The notes under the pieces: generated by a model | Database searches by the model: none | What the model was told of the DNA's origin: nothing | What the model saw: only the letters and a program-made list of their open reading frames with translations | Program-made: the position numbers and the translations under genes | From: Psychrobacter sp. | Lineage (GTDB): Bacteria; Pseudomonadota; Gammaproteobacteria; Pseudomonadales; Moraxellaceae | NCBI GenBank assembly: GCA_029264635.1 | Contig: JARIAA010000260.1 | Location: forward strand, 1 to 41,120 | Reading direction: 5' to 3' | Length of the DNA: 41,120 nt | Shown here: one piece after another, positions 10,314 through 18,818 of the stretch | Layout of the letters: each line of letters opens with the position of its first letter | Position numbering within the stretch: position 1 is the stretch's first letter

Positions 10314-10360
10314 GATCAATAATAGGTTGAGTCACTTTCAATCTTGACGCTTTTACCATC

Positions 10361-10391
10361 ACCCATTGTTATCATGACAATGGGTTTTTTT
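10361..10391 (+). terminator. Intrinsic terminator after lysA
   Basis: ACCCATTGTTA-TCA-TGACAATGGGT followed by a T run. Confidence 0.8.
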
Positions 10392-10538
10392 ATGGCAATT
10401 ATTATAAACATTATCATATCACTAAGTATATGCTGGTTTATGAGGATTCATCTGGCCTGCGATGCGCTGATAGTTATCATTGTGTCAGACAGCGTGCTAA
10501 TATAACGGACACATAAAAATAGAATAGGACACAAGGAT

Positions 10539-11426
10539 ATGCTAATAGAATTTACCAAGATGCATGGTTTGGGCAACGATTTTATGGTCATTGATTTGGT
10601 GACCCAGCGCTTGGATTTGACCAAAGAATTGGTACAGTTATTGGGCGATCGCCATTTAGGTATTGGCTTTGATCAATTGCTTGTCGTCGAGCCGCCAATG
10701 CGACCAGATGTGGACTTCAGTTATCGAATTTTCAACACTAATGGCAGTGAAGTCGAGCAATGCGGCAATGGGGCGCGCTGTTTTGCCCGTTTCGTGCAGG
10801 CGCGTAAGCTGTCATTTAAGCAGCGTTTGCGGGTCGAGACGGCAAGCGGTATTATCTCTTTAACGACCGATCGCTACGGCTGGGTAGAGGTCGATATGGG
10901 TAAACCAAAATTTGAGCCAGATGAGATTCCGTTTACCCCAAAAGCCATTACTAAAATTCAAAATGCCTATCATTTGGACGTCGCTGGTACGCCTGTCCAG
11001 CTGTTTATCGCCAATATGGGCAATCCGCACGCGGTCATTAAAGTAGATAATGTGCTTGAGGCCGATGTTGAACATTTGGGTAAAGCCATTGAGTCGCATC
11101 CTGCGTTTCCAGCTCGGGTCAATGTAGGCTTTATGCAAGTTATGAATCAGCGTCATATACGCCTGCGGGTCTATGAGCGCGGCGTTGGTGAGACCCAAGC
11201 GTGTGGCACGGGGGCATGTGCGGCGGTCGCGATTGGTATACGTGAAGGCTGGCTTGATGAAGGAGAGGATGTGCGCGCCCAGTTATATGGTGGCAGTATG
11301 ATTATCCGCTGGCAGCCAGGTTACTCGGTTATGATGACGGGTCCGACCGCCTTTGTCTATGAAGGCGTCTTTAGTCCAGATGGCTTAATGGCGCAAGCGG
11401 GCATTAAGCCTAGCCCAGCTGGCTAA
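10539..11426 (+). CDS. dapF: Diaminopimelate epimerase
   Basis: FTKMHGLGNDF, EQCGNGARC, MGNPH and ERGVGETQACGTGA (two catalytic Cys). Confidence 0.97.
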   Translation: MLIEFTKMHGLGNDFMVIDLVTQRLDLTKELVQLLGDRHLGIGFDQLLVVEPPMRPDVDFSYRIFNTNGSEVEQCGNGARCFARFVQARKLSFKQRLRVETASGIISLTTDRYGWVEVDMGKPKFEPDEIPFTPKAITKIQNAYHLDVAGTPVQLFIANMGNPHAVIKVDNVLEADVEHLGKAIESHPAFPARVNVGFMQVMNQRHIRLRVYERGVGETQACGTGACAAVAIGIREGWLDEGEDVRAQLYGGSMIIRWQPGYSVMMTGPTAFVYEGVFSPDGLMAQAGIKPSPAG

Positions 11427-11468
11427 GTCAGCGACCTTTTAATATTGTTTTAACATTAGGGGCAACTC

Positions 11469-12455
11469 ATGACGAGCAAAACTCATCATACCTACCAGCC
11501 TTCTCGTTCTATAGAGGTGGATGAGCCGCTACGAGAGCTGTTGTCACCTGTACACCGCTGGCTAAACACGTTGGCCGTACGTCATCACTCTGAGCATACA
11601 TTGACGGCTTATTTTGCGGGCCTACAACAATTAGCACTGTTCTTACGAGGTAAAAAGCTGACATGGACGCGCTGCGATAAACGCCAGCTTGCGCAGCATA
11701 TCAGTCAGCGCCTTGACGAGGATAAGCTTGCTTTGTCCAGTGTGCAGCAAGAGCTGTCCGCTATTCGACATTTTTATGGCTGGATGATCGAAGAGGGTTT
11801 GGCACGTATCAATCCAACGACCGGATATCAATTAAAACGTAGCTCCAGACCACTGCCCTCTATCGCTGATGTGGATCTACTTACCCAACTTCTCGATCAA
11901 GAGATGCCCGATACGCCTGAGCAAGCGCGCTTATGGCTGCGTGACAAAGCAATGTTTGAGCTGCTCTATAGTAGTGGTCTGCGGGTCGGTGAGCTGGTGG
12001 CGCTTGACATAGCGGACGTTGATTTGTCTGATTTGCGCGTACGGGTAACAGGCAAAGGCAATAAAACGCGCCTAGTACCGCTTGGTGCCAAGGCTGCCGC
12101 CGCCATTAACCGCTATTTACCACATCGCAACCTGTGGGTGGAGCAGCAAGATAGCGCTTTGTTTATCAGTGAAAAGCTAGGCACTCGACTATCCACACGA
12201 GCTGTGCAGCAGCGTCTAAAGGTGGCAGCAACTCGCGCAGGCATCGCCCAAAATTTATATCCGCATCTACTGCGTCATTGTTTTGCCTCACACATGCTCT
12301 CAGGGAGTGGCGACCTGCGCGCCGTCCAAGAGATGCTAGGGCACAGCGACATCAGCACTACGCAGATTTATACCCATGTTGATTTTGCCAAGTTGACGCA
12401 GGTCTATGATCGTGCCCATCCGCGCGCGATGCACCGTCGAGATGATAAAAAATAA
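11469..12455 (+). CDS. xerC: Tyrosine recombinase XerC
   Basis: LYSSGLRVGEL, GKGNK, HLLRH and LGHSDISTTQIYTH catalytic residues. Lies downstream of dapF. Confidence 0.93.
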   Translation: MTSKTHHTYQPSRSIEVDEPLRELLSPVHRWLNTLAVRHHSEHTLTAYFAGLQQLALFLRGKKLTWTRCDKRQLAQHISQRLDEDKLALSSVQQELSAIRHFYGWMIEEGLARINPTTGYQLKRSSRPLPSIADVDLLTQLLDQEMPDTPEQARLWLRDKAMFELLYSSGLRVGELVALDIADVDLSDLRVRVTGKGNKTRLVPLGAKAAAAINRYLPHRNLWVEQQDSALFISEKLGTRLSTRAVQQRLKVAATRAGIAQNLYPHLLRHCFASHMLSGSGDLRAVQEMLGHSDISTTQIYTHVDFAKLTQVYDRAHPRAMHRRDDKK

Positions 12456-12463
12456 GAGTTGTC

Positions 12464-13345
12464 TCAAGCCAAACGATGACATTGAAAGATAGGCATTTTT
12501 TGGCGGGCTGCCTCCTGCGCTTGTTGATTAAAGGTAGCAAACACTAAAGCATAGTCTTTGGTTTGGTCTTTTATCTCAGTATGATCATAGCTGTCTATTA
12601 TTTTACCGCCAAAATCAGTAATGGCGGTATGTCCCCATGTCTTGCGAACATTGCCATCTTTATAAATATGCTCACCGCCTTGCGCCGCACCAATTACCAT
12701 ACATTGACTGTCTAAAGCACGCGCTTGTAACAACAGTGACCAATGGGCCTGCCCAGTTACATACGTAAAAGCAGAGGGAGCACTCAGTATATCAGCGCCA
12801 GCTTGACGCAGCCTTTGAGCCAGCGCAGGAAAGCGTACATCAAAACACACCATCATGCCCACATGATAGACGGCATCGTTGATTTTCAATGGGGCAACGA
12901 CCGTCTGTGTCCCAGGTTCAAACGTTGCCGCCTCGTTGTAGCTGCCTTGTTTATCAGCGACAGTCGCGGTGAACAGATGAATTTTGTCGTAGCGTGCCAC
13001 TTGGCTTCCATCGGGTGCAAATAGCTGACTGACTTGACGTAAACGTCCGTCGGGCACGATAATGCCATCGGGTCGATAAAGACAAGGTAGTGAGCCGACC
13101 AGTAGATAAATATTATGGGCGCGTGCATAATCCGCTAAAGTTGCAGACAGTGACTCAAAGCGCTGAGCAGTTTTAAACTGTTGCCCCATACTACAGCAAT
13201 TTTCAGGCAGCACAACAAGCGTTGCACCTTGCGCGCAAGCATCACTAATGGCATATTTGATACTGAGCAGATTGGCTTCAATATCTTGTTGGGTATTCAT
13301 CTGTACTGCAGCGATAGTTAAATCATGGTCAGTAGCGGCATTCAT
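12464..13345 (-). CDS. Carbon-nitrogen hydrolase (Nit1/deaminated glutathione amidase-like)
   Basis: E-K-C triad in LPEN, YDKIHLF and CFDVRFP. Also PSAFT..TG.AHW.LL.ARA. Confidence 0.9.
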   Translation of the reverse strand: MNAATDHDLTIAAVQMNTQQDIEANLLSIKYAISDACAQGATLVVLPENCCSMGQQFKTAQRFESLSATLADYARAHNIYLLVGSLPCLYRPDGIIVPDGRLRQVSQLFAPDGSQVARYDKIHLFTATVADKQGSYNEAATFEPGTQTVVAPLKINDAVYHVGMMVCFDVRFPALAQRLRQAGADILSAPSAFTYVTGQAHWSLLLQARALDSQCMVIGAAQGGEHIYKDGNVRKTWGHTAITDFGGKIIDSYDHTEIKDQTKDYALVFATFNQQAQEAARQKMPIFQCHRLA

Positions 13346-13767
13346 AGCATTGTTCTCGGTAGTCGTTTAAAAATAGATATCGTGTTGTCGCATTCTTATA
13401 AAACTTTATTCATCATAAATTTACCTTTTAGGGTTCATCATTTGTTCAGCAAAGTAGTAATAACTTTGATGTTACGCTATTATTAAGGATAAACAGTAGG
13501 ATATACTAGATAGAATGTAAATTATCATAGCAACATTGCAGCAAAAAATGCTATCGTCTTGAACTGATGTAATGACGCTTTTGATGCAAGTCAGCTTAAA
13601 CCTATCTCATGAGGCGTCCATTGACTATAAACGGCTGACTTTAGATGTTAAAGAGGGTATAAGCTCAGCGACATTGCTTTTTTAGTTATAAATAATAAGT
13701 GCTTAATGAGTGTTTTTGTACTATTTTCGGTCCTGAGATTTCAATATTGGAGAGTAACACACCTGTC

Positions 13768-15435
13768 ATGAGTAGTCTGTCATTTGGATTAGCCGCCACG
13801 CTAACCACCTCCCAAAAACTCACCCCACAGATGCAGCAAGCGATCAAATTGCTGCAGCTCTCTAGTATTGAGCTTGCGCAAGAGGTTCAAGCCAAGCTTG
13901 ACAGCAATCCGCTTCTTGAACGTATTGAAGAAGATGATTATGAGGACGGCATCGATGAGAATGTAGATGCGCTAAATGAGTCTTTAACGCTTGAGATGTG
14001 GAACGGCGATACAGAGACTGGTCTATCTAACGACTCTTTTGATGATTCTTTTGATAAGAATGATATTTTTGACAATGCCGAATACGATGATAGCTTTAAC
14101 GATAGCTTAGATAAGTTGCAACAAGCGGGTATCGATGGTAGTGCGATGGACAATACCTCCATGGATAACGACTATCAAAGCATGGATAGTGATTACAGTA
14201 GCTACGATGTTGGCAGTTTTGGTACAGGTAGCGCAGGCAACCTAGATTATGATGAACTAGATGACTATCAGGGCAGTACCAGTGTCAGCATTCAAGACCA
14301 CGTACGCTGGCAGCTGAGTTTTAAACATCTCTCAGAAACAGATACTTTAATTGCAGAGTATTTGATGGATTCGATGGATGACATGGGGTTTATACAGTTA
14401 GATACGGATGAGCTGTTTAAAAGTCTTGAGACGATGGCAAGTTTTTATCAGTGGGATGAGCACATTGAGCATGATGAGATAGAGATGGTACTGCGTATCA
14501 TCCAATCTTGTGATCCATTAGGCGTGGGCGCCCGTAATTTAAGCGAATGCCTTGCCATTCAATTGGCAAAGCTTGATCCCAATACCGCTTATCTCAAACA
14601 TGCGCAAACCTTGCTGTCTGCAAGTGAATATCTGGTCAGTAACAATATTAAAGCGTTAATTGAAACGACTGGATTATCCTCTGCGCATATTACACCAGCA
14701 CTTGGTCTTCTACGCACCTTAAACCCCGCTCCAGGCTTATCATTTCAAAGCAGTCAACCTGATTACACTCAGCCACCTGCCAGCTATGATATTCCCGATG
14801 TATTAGTCACACCAATACGCCGTAACGCCTCTAAAACGAACTTGCAAGATGGCGGCTGGCATGTGCGCTTAAATCCAGCGACGTTACCAAAACTGCGCGT
14901 CAATCAAGAATACGCGCGTTTGGTTAAGCGCGGAGATGACAGTCCAGACAACCAGTATTTACGAGAAAATCTCACCGATGCCCGGCTATTCATCCGTAGT
15001 ATTGAGGAGCGTAATCAGAATTTGCTAAAAGTTGCCAGCAGTATTGTCAGGCGTCAGGATGAGTTTTTGCAATATGGTGCTACTGCCATGCAGCCTTTGG
15101 TATTAAAAGATGTCGCCGCCGAAGTTGACTTGCATGAGTCGACCGTTTCGCGTCTCACGACCAGCAAAACCATCTTGACCCCGCAAGGGCTGTTTTCGCT
15201 TAAGCACTTTTTTTCATCGCACGTTAGTAGCAGCGATGGCGATATCTCATCGACAGCGATCAGCGCGATGATTAAAAAGCTTATCAATGATGAAAACCCC
15301 AAAAAACCACTATCGGATAGCCGTATCCAAACGCAGTTACTAAGTGATGGTATAGACATCGCGCGCCGCACCGTTGCCAAATATCGAGAAGCTATGAACA
15401 TTGGTTCCTCGACACAGCGCAAACAAAAATATTAG
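13768..15435 (+). CDS. rpoN: RNA polymerase sigma-54 factor
   Basis: LTPQMQQAIKLLQLS region I, LHESTVSR HTH and RpoN box ARRTVAKYRE. Start set at ATG 13768 (GGAGAG upstream). Confidence 0.97.
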   Translation: MSSLSFGLAATLTTSQKLTPQMQQAIKLLQLSSIELAQEVQAKLDSNPLLERIEEDDYEDGIDENVDALNESLTLEMWNGDTETGLSNDSFDDSFDKNDIFDNAEYDDSFNDSLDKLQQAGIDGSAMDNTSMDNDYQSMDSDYSSYDVGSFGTGSAGNLDYDELDDYQGSTSVSIQDHVRWQLSFKHLSETDTLIAEYLMDSMDDMGFIQLDTDELFKSLETMASFYQWDEHIEHDEIEMVLRIIQSCDPLGVGARNLSECLAIQLAKLDPNTAYLKHAQTLLSASEYLVSNNIKALIETTGLSSAHITPALGLLRTLNPAPGLSFQSSQPDYTQPPASYDIPDVLVTPIRRNASKTNLQDGGWHVRLNPATLPKLRVNQEYARLVKRGDDSPDNQYLRENLTDARLFIRSIEERNQNLLKVASSIVRRQDEFLQYGATAMQPLVLKDVAAEVDLHESTVSRLTTSKTILTPQGLFSLKHFFSSHVSSSDGDISSTAISAMIKKLINDENPKKPLSDSRIQTQLLSDGIDIARRTVAKYREAMNIGSSTQRKQKY

Positions 15436-15820
15436 ATGTCAGTCAATGTTGGCACATAGTGCTCGCTAACATCTTTTTTGAACTTCACACGCTATTTATT
15501 AGTTAAACTGCTATATTCATTAATACGAATTAAAAATAAAAATACTAGATTATATATAATTGTGAAAATAACAGAAGATTTTTTTACATTTAATTACAAT
15601 ATAGTCCCTTGCTACTAAAGCGCTTTCATGACAAATTAGGGCATATCAATAATAAATATTAAGCGGTTTATCCTAAGTAAAATTAGATGGTAATAAAAGG
15701 ATACACCATAAAATAAAGGATAAATTTATTGATGTTATTGATGAGGTAAGGTGGTAGACATAGTCTAAAAGAGCTACAAGCCACCTGTTGACTATAAGTG
15801 ATAAATATAAGGATCAACCT

Positions 15821-16201
15821 ATGAATGTTTCTATTAGTGGTCACCATATCAGCATAACCGATGCCATGAATACTGCTGTACGTGAAAAGCTTGAAAAAAT
15901 TGAGCGTCACTTTGATCAAATTCAAAGCATTCAAGTGATATTGTCGCTAGATAATAGCGGTGCAGGAGACGGAGGTAAAAAGAGCCATAAGGCCGAAGCT
16001 ATCATGCGCGTCTCAGGTCAAGAGATGTTTGTCCAAGCTTTTGAAGATGACATGTATAAAGCCATTAATGAGATGGCAGACAAGCTTGACAGACAAGTAC
16101 GTAAGTATAAAACCCGTCAAGAGCGTAAAAAGGTGCGCGGTACAGGACGCGATGAGCGTTATGAAGACATCATCGATACTGAAGCTGCTCCCATTAGCTA
16201 A
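15821..16201 (+). CDS. hpf: Ribosome hibernation promoting factor (HPF/RaiA)
   Basis: MNVSISGHHISITDAM...KLEKIERHFD, DMYKAINEMADKLDRQVRKYK. Lies after rpoN. AAGGA RBS before ATG 15821. Confidence 0.93.
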   Translation: MNVSISGHHISITDAMNTAVREKLEKIERHFDQIQSIQVILSLDNSGAGDGGKKSHKAEAIMRVSGQEMFVQAFEDDMYKAINEMADKLDRQVRKYKTRQERKKVRGTGRDERYEDIIDTEAAPIS

Positions 16202-16228
16202 TAAAAAAATATAAATAAAGCTAATAAC

Positions 16229-16265
16229 AAAAAGACCTCAATCTATAATAGATTGAGGTCTTTTT
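16229..16265. terminator. Bidirectional terminator between hpf and thiS
   Basis: Perfect 18-bp inverted repeat AAAAAGACCTCAATCTAT-A-ATAGATTGAGGTCTTTTT. Confidence 0.9.
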
Positions 16266-16280
16266 AGGTAAGGTTAACAG

Positions 16281-16481
16281 TTAACCACCACCCACCGCTT
16301 GTACTACCTCAATATTCATGCCCTCAATGATACGCAATTGTGCCAGCTCACTTTTTGGAATAAGTTCACCATCAACTTCGACAGCATAACGACCCCTGCT
16401 CAGACCCAACTCATTAACCACTAATTGTACGGTTTGATGAGTAGTTTGCAAGGTTTTTCCATTGACATGAATCGTGCTCAT
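16281..16481 (-). CDS. thiS: Sulfur carrier protein ThiS
   Basis: 66 aa with IHVNG, AVEVDGELIPKS and C-terminal IEVVQAVGGG. Confidence 0.93.
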   Translation of the reverse strand: MSTIHVNGKTLQTTHQTVQLVVNELGLSRGRYAVEVDGELIPKSELAQLRIIEGMNIEVVQAVGGG

Positions 16482-16557
16482 AATAGTTGCTCCCTCAAAA
16501 CGATAACTTATATTAATGGATGATTGGTGTGAGTTCTAAAGCCTAATAGGTCGGGTG

Positions 16558-16923
16558 TTATGGGCTTACACGAAACGCCGTCACTGCCAGCCATACCCAG
16601 CCTGCTATCATAAATACACCACCTATAGGGGTGATGGCACCAAACCACCTTGGCGCGCCCAAGGTCATGGCAAATAAGCTACCAGCAAAAATAATGACCC
16701 CGATTTGCAGCAGCCACGCCGTCATTTGCGTCGTATAATTTAACCGAATCAACAGACCAACTATCAATAAGCCTAAGGCATGAATAAATAAATATAATGT
16801 TGCTGTGTGCCACCAAGCAAGCTGCTGCTCATTCACCATACTTTTGATGCCATGCGCACCAAAAGCCCCTAAACCAACAGCAATGGCCAGGTTAATGGCT
16901 GCTATACCTATCCAATTTAACAT
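16558..16923 (-). CDS. DUF423 (YgdD/TMEM256-like) membrane protein
   Basis: GLGAFGAHG, FAGSL and GAITPIGG motifs. Confidence 0.9.
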   Translation of the reverse strand: MLNWIGIAAINLAIAVGLGAFGAHGIKSMVNEQQLAWWHTATLYLFIHALGLLIVGLLIRLNYTTQMTAWLLQIGVIIFAGSLFAMTLGAPRWFGAITPIGGVFMIAGWVWLAVTAFRVSP

Positions 16924-16954
16924 GAAGAACTCTTATTTTATTGAACGCTTATTG

Positions 16955-17983
16955 TTATTGAAGATCATCAGGTAAAATCATGCTATCAATCGTCATCGCT
17001 TCACGGATTTTGTCCATGGCGTTTTTTTCGATCTGGCGTACCCGTTCTGCGGAGATAGAATAGACAGCAGCAAGTTCATGTAACGTTGATTTTTGCTCTG
17101 TCAGCCAGCGCTGCTCAACGATGTCACGAGAACGATCGTCCAAGGTATCCATAGCAGCAATCAGCGCTGATGAATTGTTTTCTTCCCAATCAGACTCTTC
17201 TACCATCTCGGCAGGATCAAAGCCATCTTCTAAAAACAGCTGCGGCGCATAACGTCCATCATCATCATCGCTTGATTGGGTTTCAAACGATGCATCATAA
17301 GAAGTCAGGCGCGACTCCATCTCTAGCACCTGCTTACGGGTCACATTTAAATCATTAGCGATAGCATCCGCCTCTTCGAGTGTCAGCTGATTGTTGGTTT
17401 TTTTAAGGCTGCGCAAGTTAAAGAACAGTTTACGGTGTGCCTTGGTGGTTGCCACTTTGACAATGCGCCAGTTACGAATCACGAACTCATGAATCTCCGC
17501 TTTAATCCAGTGCACAGCAAACGATACCAAACGGACGCCTTTGTTCGGATCAAAACGCTTGACCGCTTTCATCAATCCCAAGTTACCTTCTTGAATCAAA
17601 TCGGCCTGCGGCAATCCATAGCCTGAGTAACTACGCGCAATATGGATAACAAAGCGTAGATGCGACATAACCAGTAGGCGTGCCGCCTCAACATCGCCTT
17701 CATCGTAATAGCGATGGGCAAGTTCTTGCTCTTGAGTGGGCGTTAAGATAGGTATTTGGTGCACAGTATTAATATATGCACCCAAATTCACCCCTGGAGC
17801 AGACAAATGAGTGGGCATTGCAGGGACTAAATCACGGGTGCTGGTATCTTCTAACGCACTAGCATCATAAGGAGGGCGCTGTGCGGCAGCTTGCAGCGCC
17901 GCTTCACGCGCAGCATTTTTTTCAGTACCAGCGCTATTTTGCGTCTTTTTTGTGGTTGTCGAGTCGGTAGAAGGAGTAGCCAT
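16955..17983 (-). CDS. rpoH: RNA polymerase sigma-32 factor
   Basis: DLIQEGNLGLMKAV, RpoH box RKLFFNLR and SAERVRQIE. Start set at ATG 17983. Confidence 0.96.
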   Translation of the reverse strand: MATPSTDSTTTKKTQNSAGTEKNAAREAALQAAAQRPPYDASALEDTSTRDLVPAMPTHLSAPGVNLGAYINTVHQIPILTPTQEQELAHRYYDEGDVEAARLLVMSHLRFVIHIARSYSGYGLPQADLIQEGNLGLMKAVKRFDPNKGVRLVSFAVHWIKAEIHEFVIRNWRIVKVATTKAHRKLFFNLRSLKKTNNQLTLEEADAIANDLNVTRKQVLEMESRLTSYDASFETQSSDDDDGRYAPQLFLEDGFDPAEMVEESDWEENNSSALIAAMDTLDDRSRDIVEQRWLTEQKSTLHELAAVYSISAERVRQIEKNAMDKIREAMTIDSMILPDDLQ

Positions 17984-18076
17984 ATTCTTGACCTTGATTA
18001 AATAGATAAGCAAACTTAAATGAGCAAATATTCAGATAGAAATCTTTGTTGTGTTAATTGTAAAGGATAGCACCGT

Positions 18077-18544
18077 TTAGTTACTATCAGTTTTGGTAAT
18101 GATGAAGTGAAATATTGTATCGGACGGCTTTGAGGATGCTTTATCATTATCTTTCTGAATAGTCATTTGATCGATAGTCAATAGCAACTGATTAGTTGTG
18201 TCCGCTTGGCGAGTTTGCTGACAAAAAGCCCTAATATCTGCCTGAGAATTGGGGTCGGTTGCCACGACATATAATGATTCACCGCTTGCCACATTGCGCA
18301 GTGCAACTTTAGTTTTTAAAAGCGGCATAGGGCAAGCAAGCCCGCGTCCATCCACTAGGCCTTTTATATTAATAACAGGTTGAGTGTTGTCTATAGATTG
18401 AGACAGCTCTACCGCGCTGATCCAGTCAGCTGATAGTAGACGCAGTAAAGAAGCAGTAGTCTGCTGTTCAGTCGCAGATAGGGTCGGCTGCAAACGTACC
18501 TGATAAGGGGCATGCATGGTATGCAAATGGCTTTTAGTGAACAT
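18077..18544 (-). CDS. TusA/SirA-family sulfurtransferase with N-terminal extension
   Basis: VDGRGLACPMPLLK (CPxP) and ATDPNS..DI..F. Confidence 0.85.
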   Translation of the reverse strand: MFTKSHLHTMHAPYQVRLQPTLSATEQQTTASLLRLLSADWISAVELSQSIDNTQPVINIKGLVDGRGLACPMPLLKTKVALRNVASGESLYVVATDPNSQADIRAFCQQTRQADTTNQLLLTIDQMTIQKDNDKASSKPSDTIFHFIITKTDSN

Positions 18545-18818
18545 TGATGAGCTCCTAAACGCTTTGTTATTACTGACGAGGTGTTAAGACTTGATGGACA
18601 AAAAGGTCGCAAGATAAGAGGGCTATTATAACAAATTGCAGCTGAGCAAAGGCAGTTGAATATAGTCATTATCATGATTGGTCTACTAGAATTACACAGT
18701 CTTGTTGCGCAATCGTGACGCCTATCTAGATATTAGTAGCCAATACCATACTAAAGTTGACGTCACATAAACAACCTCGTATAGTCAAAAAACGATGATT
18801 TACCAAGCCATATAGGAT

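Noticed and set aside
11469-12455. Tyrosine recombinase as a phage or island integrase
   Set aside because: Its position after dapF and its sequence match housekeeping XerC, and there are no att sites or cargo genes.
15449-15470. Sigma-54 promoter candidates (TGGCAC here, also near 21195, 21714, 32530 and 35202)
   Set aside because: None has GC at the required -24/-12 spacing.
16229-16265. Perfect palindrome as a MITE or CRISPR repeat
   Set aside because: Single copy with A/T tails between convergent genes, so a bidirectional terminator.
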